Shown here piece by piece: positions 1-13,716 of a DNA stretch of 64,000 nt (positions are counted from its first letter, which is position 1; each line of letters opens with the position of its first letter). The stretch spans positions 29,884,001 to 29,948,000 of the forward strand of contig NC_043013.1 in NCBI RefSeq assembly GCF_006345805.1. Direction: 5' to 3'. This DNA is from Octopus sinensis. Lineage: Eukaryota. The position numbers and the translations under genes were made by a program. Below the pieces are notes generated by a model, which made no database searches, was not told the DNA's origin, and worked only from the letters and a program-made list of their open reading frames with translations.

Positions 1-39
1 ACACACACACACACACACAAACGCACACACACACACACA

Positions 40-131
<92 letters not shown>

Positions 132-158
132 GAACAGACTCACACTCACACAAACACA
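1..158. repeat. (CA)n microsatellite
   Basis: Direct reading; runs off the left edge of the window. Confidence 0.98.
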
Positions 159-449
159 GTGTATGTATTTCATTTATCATTTAGTTCTCGTCTAATCAAA
201 TTTTTTCTTTTCAATTGTTCGAACCTTGATTATTTTAAAGATGTTTGTCTTTATCTATCATACAGACTTACGGTCCTGTGAACATTCGATCAAAGAACTG
301 CAAGTCATTGTAAATAGATGGCTATTTTTGGCAGGAAAAAGAAAACGAGTCTGATGGCAACGAACTATTTTCTCATTTTTAAATTATAGCTGGTACGTGT
401 AGAGAGACAAAATAATGGTAAAGACAAGTAATAGAAGCCATAATTAGTA

Positions 450-477
450 GTGTATCCCAGTAATAATAATAATAATG

Positions 478-516
<39 letters not shown>

Positions 517-519
517 TTA

Positions 520-561
<42 letters not shown>

Positions 562-621
562 TTAGTAATAATAATAATAATAATAATATTAGTAATAATA
601 ATAATAATAATAATAATATTA

Positions 622-666
<45 letters not shown>

Positions 667-669
667 TTA

Positions 670-714
<45 letters not shown>

Positions 715-717
715 TTA

Positions 718-771
<54 letters not shown>

Positions 772-775
772 GTTA
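450..775. repeat. (AAT)n array with periodic ATTAGT interruptions
   Basis: Direct reading; it produces the poly-N and poly-I ORFs in the track. Confidence 0.97.
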
Positions 776-780
776 GCTGA

Positions 781-1812
781 AGTAGATATAGACTTCTATG
801 TAGGTAATAGTGAAGAAAGTTTATTAAAAGCTGCTAGAGTCATAGAGAAACCAAAATACCAAATGAACTTAAAAGACCAGAAGGAAGTAAAGAAATCTGA
901 CTGGCAGGAGAGGGGGTTGCATGGTAGACTCCCAAAGATAGTTGCAGCAAATTAAAAGCTTGGTTAATTAATTTATGATGGTCAGCATTGTTGAATTTTT
1001 AATTCAGGTTAATTATTACAACTACTTTAGTGAGACATGGTAATGGTTGCAGACAGCAAAGCTGAAAAAGGAGACAGAAAGTTTGTTAGTAGCTGCACAA
1101 GATCAAGCATTAAGGACTAATTGGATAAAAGCCAAGATAGCCAAAAACAAGTAGATTCCCAATCTGGGTTATGCAAATCAAAAGAGGAAACCATTACTCA
1201 TACAGTAAGTGAATGTAGCTTACTGGCACAGAAAGAATACAAGAAAAGACATGACAATCTAGGGAGAGCAATATCTACAGGGAGCTATGTAGAAAGCTAG
1301 GATTTGAACATACAAATAAACGGTATGAACATAAAACTAGTAAAGTACTATAAAGTAAGAAATACCAGAGGCTGTGGGACTTTAACATTCAGATTTACAG
1401 AGTAATAGAAAGTAGAAGGCCTGATTTAGTAGTAGTAGATAAAGAGAATAGAAAATGCCAGATAAATTGACCTTCTGGACTCCAAATGATTAAAATATCA
1501 ATATGAGAGGTATAGAAAAAATAGCAACGTACCAGGACCTAGCCATTGTATTACAGAGACTATGGAAAGTGCGGGTAAAATGTAACCCAGTAGTTATAGG
1601 TGCATTAGCAATTATCCCTAACGATTTGAACAAATGAATAAAAGAAATAGGCATAAACCCACTTTAGTACAGGTGCAGAAAACAGTGTTATTAGGGACAG
1701 CCAGGATACTTGGGAGGGTTCTTAGCATCTGAGGTTACTTGTTGTAGCCCGATGTTAAAGATTTTTCTTTTCCATCAGTCTAGTCTGTTGTGTGTGTATG
1801 AATAAAATTATA
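781..1812 (+). mobile_element. R4/Dong-like non-LTR retrotransposon, subfamily A, decayed 3' portion (Zn knuckle + REL endonuclease) with 3' UTR
   Basis: Hand translation across stops and frameshifts gives LKKETESLLVAAQDQALRTNWIKAKI, ETITHTVSECSLLAQKEYKKRHD, RRPDLVVVDK and QKTVLLGTARILGRVLSI* (stop near 1730). It is followed by a short UTR and an AAT/AGT tail. Confidence 0.85.
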
Positions 1813-1874
1813 ATAATAGTAGTAGTAGTAGTAGTAGTAGCAACAGTAGTAGTAATAGTAGTAGTAGTAGTAGT

Positions 1875-2293
1875 AGGCCGAATATAGTTGCCACAGTTCG
1901 GCAAGAAAATAAGTACTTTCTAATCGATGTATCAATACCAACAGATGACAATGTTTCTCTAAAAGAAACGGAGAAACATTCAAAATTCAAAGATTTGCTA
2001 ATAGTGGTAACTCGAACTTGGGGCCTAAAAACAGAAACAATTCCTATCACAGTAGGTGCGTTAGTTATGATAAAACAATATTCAGACAACTGCACAGCAA
2101 AAACACCAGGACTTACAAGTATATAAAACATACAGAAAATAGCACCACTATGCTTCGCAAACATCTTACGTGAAACACTTTCAATACAGTGAAAATAAGA
2201 GCACCACAAATCACAGCAGATATCCAGGACACATAGAGCTGCGCTCAGTAGTACAGAGAAAGCACGCGATAAGAATGAAAATAAAACTACTGA
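1875..2293 (+). mobile_element. R4/Dong-like subfamily B, 3' fragment (older copy)
   Basis: RPNIV...FLIDVSIPTDDNVSLKETEK...ILRETLSIQ*, plus the same 3' UTR ending ACTACTGAATAATAAT as the other B copies. Confidence 0.88.
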
Positions 2294-2323
2294 ATAATAA
2301 TAATAATAATGATAATAATAATA

Positions 2324-4514
2324 ATGCACAAAAAGCTGGCTGAAAACTTTAACAACATACTAGCAGAGACAGAGACAATGCCTGAATGGCTCACGAAGGG
2401 GAAAACTACCTTAATTCCCAAATCAAATGAAACAGAAAAACCAGAAAACTACAGACCAATAACCTGCCTCCCTACTATGTTCAAGGCATTTACTGCAGTG
2501 ATATCGCAAAGGCTGAACAAGCACCTGGACGAAAACAAACTGTTCCCAGAAGAGCAGAAAGGATGCCGCAAGGGCTCATATGGCTGTAAAGATCAACTAA
2601 TGATTAATAAAGCCGTAACTGAAGACAGCCACAGAAAGAAGAAAGGCCTCAGTATGGCCTGGATTGACTACAAAAAGGCGTTTGATAGCATCCCCCACAC
2701 ATGGATCCTCGAAACACTAGCCATTAACAAAGTAGCACCAACAATCATAAAATTCATAGAGCACTCTATGAATAAATGGCAAACAGTCCTACACCTCCAA
2801 ACAAAAGAGGGACTCATGAAAACCAAAGACATCCCCATTAGAAGAGGAATATTCCAGGGAGACACGCTCTCTCCACTCCTTTTCTGCTTGGCACTGTCAC
2901 CTCTATCTGATATGCTAAATAGAACTGGATGCGGATATAAATGTTACGGCAAAACGATCAGCCACCTTTTATATATGGATGACCTAAAACTATACGCTGC
3001 AAATGACAAACAGCTGGAAACACTATTAAAGAGAGTTTATGGATTTACCAAAGAAATAGATATGAAATTTGGATTAGAAAAATGCGCCAAAGTAACCATG
3101 AAAAGAGGAAAACTAGTTAAGAGTAACAACATCACACTAGATAAAACCAAAGAAATAAAAGAATTAGACCAAAGCCAAACTTACAAATACTTAGGAATCC
3201 ATGACCTAGATAAGACACAACACACACAAATGAAAGAGAAAATGAAAAAAAGAATATTATAGACGAGTTAGATCAATACTAAAAACAGAGCTCAATGCTA
3301 AAAACAAGATAATAGGTATCAACACTTTAGCTGTCCCAGTTATAAGTTACAGCTACAATATCCTTAACTGGACACGAAATGAACTGTCCAAAATAGATAG
3401 GAAAACAAGAAAAATACTGACAGGATCTAGGATGCATCACCCAAAATCTGACATAGAAATACTATATATACAACGTATAGAAGGTGGTAGAGGCCTTATA
3501 CAGCTGGAAAACTACTATAAAATAACCACCATAGGACTGCAAAAATACCTACTTCAGAAGGAAGGAAAACTGATCCAGATAGCAGCAAAACACGAGCAAA
3601 ACAAAAAACTGTTCTCAGTATTTAAGGAAGCTGAAAATACAAACAAGAAATCATACCGCCTAATAAACACAAAGAAGAAGAAGAAGATGATGAAGAAACA
3701 ATAAAAGCTATAAAACAAATGAAATCCAAACTAAAAATAGAACAGCAACGAGCCATGTTAAAACGATGGCAAGAAAAGCCCCTTCATGGTAAATACTGCA
3801 CTAAACTAAACGCAAAAGAAATAGACAAAGAAAAATCCCAGCAATGGTTGAGAAGCTCAGGACTCAAAGCAGAAACAGAGGGATTTTTAATTGCAGCACA
3901 AGACCAAAGCCTCCCCACCAGAAATTACCAAAAACATGTAATGAAAAGAAATATTACAAGTAACTGCAGAATATGTGGAGATGGACAAGAAACAATAAAT
4001 CATATTATCTCTAGCTGCCCAGTCCTGGCTAAGAAGGAATATATTCACAGACATGACAGAGTTGGAACCTACATACATTGGAAGCTATGCCAACATTATG
4101 GAATAACAACAGAAAAAAGATGGTATAGGCACACACCAGAAAAGGTCACAGAAAACGAGAAAGCAACCATACTCTGGGATATGCCGATACACACAGATAG
4201 AGAAATTAAGGCCAACAGACCAGATATAGTTGTCAGAGATCATGAAGAAAAAAACTGCTTTCTAATTGATGTATCAATACCGGCAGATGACAACGTGTCT
4301 CTAAAAGAAATGGAGAAACTCTCAAAATACAAAGACCTGGAAATAGAGATAACTAGAATGTGGAACATGAAAACAGAAACAATTCCTATCATAGTAGGTG
4401 CATTAGGCATGATAAAAAAATATTCAGACAAATACATAACAAAAACACCAGGACTTACAAACACATATAACATACAGAAAATTGCACTACTAGGCACTGC
4501 ACACATCCTACGCA
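2324..4514 (+). mobile_element. R4/Dong-like subfamily B, 5'-truncated 2.2-kb copy with RT, CCHC and REL endonuclease; frameshifted; 3' end missing
   Basis: ORF 2309-3262 has RT motifs (ENYRPITCL, AWIDYKKAFDSIPH, GIFQGDTLSPLLF, YMDD). ORF 3719-4534 has CRICG..ETINHIISSC and RPDIVV..LIDVSIP..EK..KY. Frame breaks lie near 3250 and 3640. Confidence 0.93.
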
Positions 4515-4519
4515 TAATT

Positions 4520-4964
4520 ATTATTATTCAGTAGTTTTATTTTTATAGCGTGCTTTCACTTCACTACCTAGCGCAGCTCTGTGTGCCTTGGGTATGTGCT
4601 GTGATTTGTTGTGATGCTCTGATGGTTATTGTATGGAAAGTGTTCTGCGTAGGATGTGTGCAGTGCCTAGTAGTGCAATTTTCTGTATGTTATATGTGCC
4701 TGTAAGTCCTGGTGTTTTTGTTATGTATTTGTCTGAATATTTTTTTATCATGCCTAATGCACCTACTATGATAGGACTTGTTTCTGTTTTCAGATTCCAC
4801 ATTCTAGTTACCTCTATTTCCAGGTCTTTGTATTTTGAGAGTTTCTCCATTTCTTTTAGAGACATGTTGTCATCTGCCGGTATTGATACATCAATTAGAA
4901 AGCATTTTTTTTCTTCATGATCTCTGACAACTATATCTGGTCTGTTGGCCTAAATTTCTCTATC
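4520..4964 (-). mobile_element. R4/Dong-like subfamily B, 3' fragment, tail-to-tail with the preceding copy
   Basis: ORF 4626-4865 (MSLKEMEKLSKYKDLEIE...ILRRTLSIQ) plus the full UTR; reverse complement of 4196-4514. Confidence 0.92.
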
Positions 4965-5107
4965 AATGAGGAGGCATGTTCTTTCAATATGACGTCTGGC
5001 CTATTTGCATCTATCTTTCTGTCAGTTTAAATGGTGACGTTCCAGAGGAGTGAGATGTGGTCATTTTCAAGCACTGGAGGTGGTTTGTGTTCCCACCTGT
5101 TTTAAAA

Positions 5108-5171
<64 letters not shown>

Positions 5172-5172
5172 G
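5108..5172. repeat. (TTA)n array
   Basis: Direct reading. Confidence 0.97.
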
Positions 5173-5186
5173 TTATCATTATCATA

Positions 5187-5354
5187 AAGGTGGCGAGGTG
5201 GCAGAATCATTAGCACGTCGGATGAAATACTTAGCGGTATTTTGTTCTGATTTCAAATTTTGTCGAGTTCGACTTTACCGTTCTTCCTTTTGGGGGCCAT
5301 GTAATTGACTATACCCCTCTCCCAAATTTCAGACCTTGTGCTTATAATAGAAAG

Positions 5355-5356
<2 letters not shown>
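5187..5356 (+). mobile_element. tRNA-derived SINE, family S2, decayed
   Basis: GGTGGCGAGGTGGCAGAATCATTAGCACG...GTCGAGTTCGACTTT matches the cleaner copy at 15617; sits between two TTA arrays. Confidence 0.7.
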
Positions 5357-5413
<57 letters not shown>

Positions 5414-5418
<5 letters not shown>

Positions 5419-6101
5419 TAGTTTTATTTTTATATACTTTCACTTCACTACCGTGCGCAGCTCTGTGTGCCTTGGGTATGTGATGTGATTTGTTGTGATG
5501 CTCTGATGGTTATTGTATGGAAAGTGTTCTGCGTAGTATATGTGCAGTGCCTGTAGTGCAATTTCCGGTATGTCATATGTGTTTGTATGTCCTGGTGTTT
5601 TTGTTATGTATTTGTCTGAATATCTTTTTATCATGCCTAATGCACCTACTATGATAGGAATTGTTTCTGTTTTTAGATTCCACATTCTGGTTACCTCTAT
5701 TTCCAGGTCTTTGTATTTTGAGAGTTTCCCCATTTCTTTTAGAGACACGTTGTCATCTGCTGGTATTGATACATCAATTAGAAAGCATTTTTTTCTTCAT
5801 GATCTCTGACAACTATATCTGGTCTGTTAGCCTTAATTTCTCTCTATCTGTGTATATCGGCATATCCCAGAGTATGGTTGCTTTCTCGTTTTCTGTGACA
5901 TTTTCTGGTGTGTGCCTATACCATCTTTTTTTTTCTGTTGTTATTCCATAATGTTGGCATAGCTTCCAGTGTATGTAGGTCCCAACTCTGTCGTGTCTGT
6001 GAATATATTCCTTCTTAGCCAGGACTGGGCAGCCAGAGATAATACGATTTATTGTTTCTTGTCCATCTCCACAGTTACTTTTTATATTTCTTTTCATTAC
6101 A

Positions 6102-6103
<2 letters not shown>
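5414..6103 (-). mobile_element. R4/Dong-like subfamily B, 5'-truncated copy (tandem unit 1)
   Basis: ORFs 5440-5748 and 5813-6097 match the B endonuclease region; flanked by TTA arrays on both sides. Confidence 0.92.
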
Positions 6104-6142
<39 letters not shown>

Positions 6143-6147
<5 letters not shown>

Positions 6148-6830
6148 TAGTTTTATTTTTATATACTTTCACTTCACTACCGTGCGCAGCTCTGTGTGCC
6201 TTGGGTATGTGATGTGATTTGTTGTGATGCTCTGATGGTTATTGTATGGAAAGTGTTCTGCGTAGTATATGTGCAGTGCCTGTAGTGCAATTTCCGGTAT
6301 GTCATATGTGTTTGTATGTCCTGGTGTTTTTGTTATGTATTTGTCTGAATATCTTTTTATCATGCCTAATGCACCTACTATGATAGGAATTGTTTCTGTT
6401 TTTAGATTCCACATTCTGGTTACCTCTATTTCCAGGTCTTTGTATTTTGAGAGTTTCCCCATTTCTTTTAGAGACACGTTGTCATCTGCTGGTATTGATA
6501 CATCAATTAGAAAGCATTTTTTTCTTCATGATCTCTGACAACTATATCTGGTCTGTTAGCCTTAATTTCTCTCTATCTGTGTATATCGGCATATCCCAGA
6601 GTATGGTTGCTTTCTCGTTTTCTGTGACATTTTCTGGTGTGTGCCTATACCATCTTTTTTTTTCTGTTGTTATTCCATAATGTTGGCATAGCTTCCAGTG
6701 TATGTAGGTCCCAACTCTGTCGTGTCTGTGAATATATTCCTTCTTAGCCAGGACTGGGCAGCCAGAGATAATACGATTTATTGTTTCTTGTCCATCTCCA
6801 CAGTTACTTTTTATATTTCTTTTCATTACA

Positions 6831-6832
<2 letters not shown>
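6143..6832 (-). mobile_element. R4/Dong-like subfamily B, 5'-truncated copy (tandem unit 2)
   Basis: ORFs are identical to unit 1 at an offset of 729 bp. Confidence 0.92.
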
Positions 6833-6890
<58 letters not shown>

Positions 6891-8843
6891 CATAGTTAGA
6901 TACACGCATATATCAATTCTAGACGTTTTAGGAATGTTAAGTTAAACAAACGAACATATATGGACAAAGTTTCAGTAAGAATAGTATAGACAGACCCCAG
7001 ATACAGAAATACCAAGAAATGAACAGGGAAGAAGATGGCGGGAATCATGAGATTATTTGATGATAAAACATAATAGAGAGAAATAGAATCTCATGCTGTG
7101 CACCTACAGCTTTCCTAGACTATGGATTTAGAAAGAATGATTGAGTGTATACAATAGATTAGACGATACTTTCGTGGAACCGAGTCTACAACCTGAAGTT
7201 AATTTCTTATGTAGCCATTTCATTCAAGTTGTTATTAAAATCTTTTGTGTTCTACATTGAATTAGATGTACCTTATCTCTGTAGGAAAATTAATACACAA
7301 GAATTGTATGATTTTCGAAATTACACAGTACACAATGAACTGGGAAGCTGTTATAAAAACAAGAAGAATACAACAACAAAACTAAAAACTAAAAACAAGT
7401 TATCCTTCATGCTATCGATTGAACCACGTGACTACCATTGATTTTTAAAAGAAGCAAAAGTCACTGGTAAATTGAGTGAAGTGTTTCTTTCCATGAAAGC
7501 TATACAAATAATATCTTCTCGTGGCACATGAACTTTTAAATCACGTAAAAACTAAAGAGTGTATCTTGAAATCACTTCAATCAATTGGCCATTGTTGATT
7601 CGAAGGAAAAATACACTTGGATAAAATTCCTCAAAGATAGCGATTTAATTAATCTTATAAACATTAAACATTTAAATTTTCTAAGAGAGAAATCTCTGTA
7701 TTGTGTTCGTTTAATCAAGTATATCAATGAAGTATTGGTTCATGCATTTGTTGATTTTCACTTCTTTTTGATAATTAATTCTAAGTTAGTTAGCAGCAAT
7801 TCAATTCATTTTTCCCTGTAACGAAACTTATACTTCTGGATGCTTGCAATAAAATAAAACATTTTAAAATAATCTTATCGTAATTAAATTAGTTCTGAAC
7901 AAACATTTAGTAATAAATTTTGGAATCTGAAATGTTGATATACTTAAATTATGCTAATTATATTGAAATATTCCAGGCAAAATTCTGCATTAATCAATAT
8001 ATTTGACATTAAAGTCAGGGTCATTCAAGTAATAGGCGATTTTAAATAATTTAATTTTACTTTAGATTGTGGCTTACTAATATATTCGTCAAAATAATAA
8101 ATCTGAATTTATTTTTAAATGCCACTTCCCTACAAAAATTATTTCACTCTGCCAAAATACATCCGATTTATGGTTTCTTTTGACACGAAATAATGCTAAG
8201 TTTTGTAGGAGAAATCTCAGTCGAACTGCAATGACCTCTGTTATAGTTATTTAACACCGCTGTATATCAGGCACAACCCCTCACTCCACCTTTTCCCGTT
8301 CTGGAGAAAGGGACATTGTGAATAAACGATCTAATAACTTACAGATTCTGAATTCAAGCTAGTGAGAGGGAGCAAATACGATGAACAGCACAGTTGCAGT
8401 AGATCTTGGCGAGATTTGAACTTGGAGCATATAAAACCGAAACAAATACAGATGACATTCTGTTTAATGCTCCGACCATTTCACGACATTCCGTTATACA
8501 ACTGGCATTTATTCTATTAACCATAAAGCAACGAAAGGTAAAAGCTAAGTCAGCAATATTCAAATCTATAATGAGGAAGGCAGACAGTATATATCTATTG
8601 TTCAGTAATTAGCACGAAGTTTTGTTGTTTGTGACAATTCATTGCCTGAGAAATTAACATGTGGATCATTATAATCTTCTTAATAATCATGGTGATCATC
8701 ATCATCATCTTGATTCTCAGAAATCCTGATTATCAACATTGTGATCATGATGACACTCCTCATAATATTCATTTATTTTATTTATGTTTCTCATTGTTTA
8801 TATGTATTTATTACAAGAGAATATATGACTAACTATTACGGAT

Positions 8844-8895
<52 letters not shown>

Positions 8896-9546
8896 ATATA
8901 ATATAACAGCCAAATGTATAGATTACACAAATGTAAAGTAAATAACAGAATATTCTGAAATGAAAATAGACGCTTTGCTGAAATTATCAACTAAACACCG
9001 CTCTGTGACTAATATGAGACATAGCACTAAGGTACAATATCTGTATCTCCGGGATAGCCACTTCTACATAGATATAGAGATAGAGATATGGTATCTTAGT
9101 GACTATATATACATATAAATCCTTAAAAACGGAACAAGGACGTAACGGACGACAATGAAAGAATACGGACAGATGGACGATACGAGGACGGACAAGAAAA
9201 TCAGAACGAAACTTTTGTGGCTTTCTATTCATCAGTCACGATTCCAATTATCCCCACAGTTTCGGTCTGTTACACTTAAGACTGTTCAAACTTGGTAAGC
9301 ACCAAAATATCTAAGCTAAGGGCATCACAATTTTGGAAGAAAGTGGGCGACAACATGGACAAAAAACGAGGGAACGGATTTGTACACGATTGCAAATACA
9401 AACAACAAGATTAACAACAGGTATCTTTTGACTAAAAGGAGAAGTTAAGTTAAGCTCGCGTTCATACATTGACACAGACACACAGAGACAAAGACACACA
9501 GACACACACACACGCACAGATACACACATGTGAGCACACATACATA

Positions 9547-9830
9547 GGGACTAGTGTTTAGGGTGTTAAACTCATGCTCGCGAGTTCGTGGTTTCATTCC
9601 TATACCAGGTTCTGCGTTGTGTTCTCGAGCAAAATAACACACTCCATCTCACGTTGCTCTGCGATCACTTCAACACCTGACACGTAGTAGACAATGCACC
9701 CGCACAAGCAACGTCGATTTGATGGACTGAGTGAACTAGTGTACAACACAAGCATTTGATCACCATAAGCAATTCATTTGTGTTGGTCATTCAGCTAAGT
9801 CTGAACACTCATTCTTCGTCTTCGACGGGA
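9547..9830 (+). mobile_element. Decayed SINE with tRNA-like head and S3-type core
   Basis: GTGTTTAGGGTG...GTTCGTGGTTTCATTCC...TGCGTTGTGTTCTCGAGCAA...TCACGTTGCTC resembles 32579 and 45733. Confidence 0.6.
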
Positions 9831-9840
9831 GAGTCCATCG

Positions 9841-10205
9841 GGGTGGCTGTGTGGTAAGTAGCTTGCTTACCAACCACATGGTCCCGGGCAAGTGTCTTCT
9901 ATTATTGCCTCGGGCTGACCAACGCCTTGTGAGAGGATTTGGTAGACGGAAACTGAAAGAAGCCCGTCGTATATGTATATATATATGTATATGTGTGTGT
10001 ATATGTTTGTCTGTTTTTGTCCCCCAGCATCGCTTGACAACCGATGACGGTGTTTTACGTCCCCGTAACTTAGCGGTTCGGCAAAAGAGACCGATAGAAT
10101 AAGTACTAGGCTTACAAAGAATTAGCTCTGAGGTCGATTTCCTCGACTATAAAGGCGGTGCTCCTGCATGGCTGCAGTCAAATGACTGAGAAAAGTAAAA
10201 GAGTA
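9841..10205 (+). mobile_element. tRNA-derived SINE, family S1 (internal microsatellite), internally deleted
   Basis: GTGGCTGTGTGGTAAGTAGCTTGC...GGCGGTGCTCCTGCATGGCTGCAGTCAAATGACTG..AAAAGAGT; same family as 35019 and 56260. Probably one of the octopus OK/OR SINEs; the name is not verified. Confidence 0.85.
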
Positions 10206-13200
10206 ATATATATATACATATAAATACACACACACACACAACACATATATATATATACATACATACATATATATGCATATATATATATATATGCATATAT
10301 ATGCATATATATATATATATGCATATATATGCATATATATATACCTATGTATACATACATATATATGCATATATATATATATATATGCCTATGTATGTGG
10401 TGTCAAAAAATGTACCTTAGCTATTCGCTAAAATATAAATTGGTGAAATAAGTACTTAACCTTTTTATTGAGATTAAGCAAAAATCTCCAAATGTCGTGT
10501 TACAGCATGACTGCAATCCAGTGAAGTACACCAGCAAAGGAACGTAACTTTGTAAACAGTAAATTATAACAGTGTCATTTTCAATGTTAGCATACTTCTA
10601 AAAGAAAATGTGCTGCTTACACTAAAGTTATTTCTCTCTGTTGAGATTTGCATAAAACACCGAATGTAAGTTACTAATTTTAACACAGCACTCACTCAAG
10701 ATTGCATTCTTGTTTTTCACTGAAAAAAATAACTGGATTGAATATCCTAATAGAATATTCTACTGTCTCTATGTATGCAAGACAGAAGACAAAGATAGAT
10801 TTTATGTAGTTATAACTTATTTTGCTTTATTTCAACAAAAGCTGTTATATTTAAATATTTCTGAATTCTTTAAGTTAAGATTGTATGGCTTTGTAGTTAT
10901 ATACATAAGCGATAGAATAATTTTTTGATTCTAAATCTACATGACAATAATTATACATTAAAATTTTATTTTAAAATTCGTGCAACAGTGAGGAAGTCTT
11001 TATGTAGTTGCATGAACCGCAACTAAGAAAAATTGGCCAAATCTGACACGAAGTATTCTTCATCGTCTAAAATAGAAAAGAATAAAAGGAAAGAGAATGG
11101 ACACATTGAATAAGCAGGCCGCGATGTCTGAAAAAGGAAAAGAAAAAGGATACTTTGCTAAATCAGAAATAAGAAGGAGCTAAATAACAAGTTCTCCAAG
11201 TATTGGAGTAGATACAGCTTTTAATGGCCAATTGGCAGAGTAGTTAGAGAGTAGGTGATAAGTGCTTTTTATAAAGGTCGTCCCGGACTGTAGGTTCAAA
11301 TACCACCGAAGTAAACTTACTGTAACTTTCACGCTTTCGGTAAGATAAAATACTTGTCCTTTTTTCGTTTTTTTTTCCAACTCTCTTCTACACTTAAAAT
11401 CTAGCTGTCTATGTTTTGTGAATAAATCAACTTCGATCAAATCTGGGGAGAGATAGGCTCTGACATGACTGAAATATTTTTTAAGAGGAACCGTATACTA
11501 CGACGATACTCTATAATTCCAAACGACGTCTAGGGCTCAAGCCAGAGGAAGCAGACACTGCATTTGACTTATAGAAAAAGTCGTATAATTGACTGCATTA
11601 AATGAAAATGTAACAGATCCTATTTTTCAATCTTCTCTCCAGAGAATTTCAGTTGAAAACACCCAGCGAGAAAATGTAATGCAGTTAACCTAAGGTGTTA
11701 CTGACTGGAGTATTTCCGTCACCCTATATCATAAAATGTATATAAAATATACAACTAGCTCTTCATAATAAGCATGTTTACCTCCACTTAGCTTTATATA
11801 TTCGTTTGCCATACAATAGTCATTGCGAAAATTTTCTCAGTACTTTCTTTAACTAATTACTGAATGTTTCGACTGAACAGTCTTCATATTTTCACTCATT
11901 TTGATGCTGGTAAGCACGTGTTAGACCCTACTTTGTTGAGGAAATCTAATAATATCGAAACATATCTTGGGTTGTCCCAGTGCATATCAAAAACACCTCT
12001 CCTCACTGTATAAACCAATATAAATAATTTCTCTTTGGGTTCAGAGTTTTCTCCTTTGCTTTTCGGGAAGCATTATTAAAGATTGTTACTTTTCTCTATT
12101 ATATGAAATCTTTAAAAAATACGCTTCTGTAAAAGAGATTTGAAACAAGTATCCTTCTCTAGTTATTGATTCCATTTTTGATTAAAACATTACATCACTG
12201 TTCCACCCCTGGTTTTTTTATTTTTGCAAGCATTCATCAGTTTTCCACAAGTAATATGTTCTTTCAAAGAATGAATATCCAAGCATGCATATGGAATCTA
12301 GATATCAAAGAAACAGAAAGAACCGATCTGAAGATAAAATGAAACGCCCACTGAGTTTTGCAGCATTTGCATTTGGCGCCGAACGAACAATTTCAGTTTA
12401 TGACCCTTACATATGTTATTGTAATCGTTAGGTTTTCTTTCTCTAAGAGGGCACAGTTTATGCAATTAAAAGCATCTATTCTCAACATAACACGGGTAAA
12501 GAATTATGGATTAAATTACTCTGATTCCTTTACTGTTGCCATACTTTTGCCTAACTTTTAGTATTTGGAAAGATAAGATTATGATAGAGAATTACATGTA
12601 TGCATAAGTTATGAAATATATTTACGATCGGCTGCACATCAAACACTACATATGCATTAAGCTTTCATCTCTGTTTCAATCGAAGAGATTTACGCTTTCA
12701 AGACGTTTCTATGGTAAATTCCTCTTCTTTCAACGGATAAAAAATTATGAAATAATAATTCTGTTAACAAAGAGAATTATAGAACACAATTCCACACTCT
12801 GCAACTGTTTAATTGTGAACATAAAACCGAAAACATTTATTTATTTATTAAATCGACAGAATGGTTATATAATTTTACCTCACATGCCCTAATGTATGAA
12901 AATGTATCGCACTCAGCTTTTATTGCTACTTGAGTCAAAGAGAAAATAAATGCATAATAGATATTTATATTAAAAATAAATACAAAGATATCTCAGTTCT
13001 CCACAGAAACTAAAATCTGAATTCTATGATTTTGTAAACCTCAACGATGTTAATATAAATGAGGACAGCCATTAACAAACTATCCTTCAAATTCTTCACA
13101 TAAAATTACAGTTTTGAATTGCTATATTATTGCTTTGCAAACGTCAGAAAGCTATATTAAATCAAAATATGAGAAATCTATATTACGGCTTCGAAATGCT

Positions 13201-13716
13201 CTTTCTATTTGTTGTACCTACTTGGAAATATGGAAAACTAGCCACCTGAAAACAATCGGATTATGTTTATTGGGAAGTTTTTGCTTGGTGATGGGCAAGT
13301 CTTGTTATAGTCTCTAGACACGATACTGTATGTTATTTCCATAGCAAAATACATACTTAGTTAGATGAGGCGTTGGACATCTCTGACAAAAATAACTTTA
13401 TTTTTTATGCTTCGGCGGAAAGATATTCAATTTATGTTCCATGAGACCTTACAGCAGCAGTTAAGGAAACTAATGGATAGACGAAATAAACTTTGTTTAC
13501 AAGACTGCACCATACGTGAATTCAGAGACCTACAGTTAGAGGCCTTAGAAAGTTAACAGCGATAACAACAAAAGCAACAATGTTGATAATAATAAGGTAA
13601 CGACTCGGCCGGTTCGCCGCCCCAGCAACAACTAGGAGAAGAAAAAGAAGGAGGAGGGAGAGGAGAAGAGGAAGGAGACGTAGAACAAATACAACAACAA
13701 TAATGATAATAATAAT

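Noticed and set aside
450-780. Poly-Asn / poly-Ile ORFs, and similar poly-Y, poly-L, YLSI and CV ORFs elsewhere
   Set aside because: They are translations of stop-free microsatellite frames.
6900-7200. Possible RTE C-terminal relic
   Set aside because: Only a faint W..RW spacing; too decayed to call.
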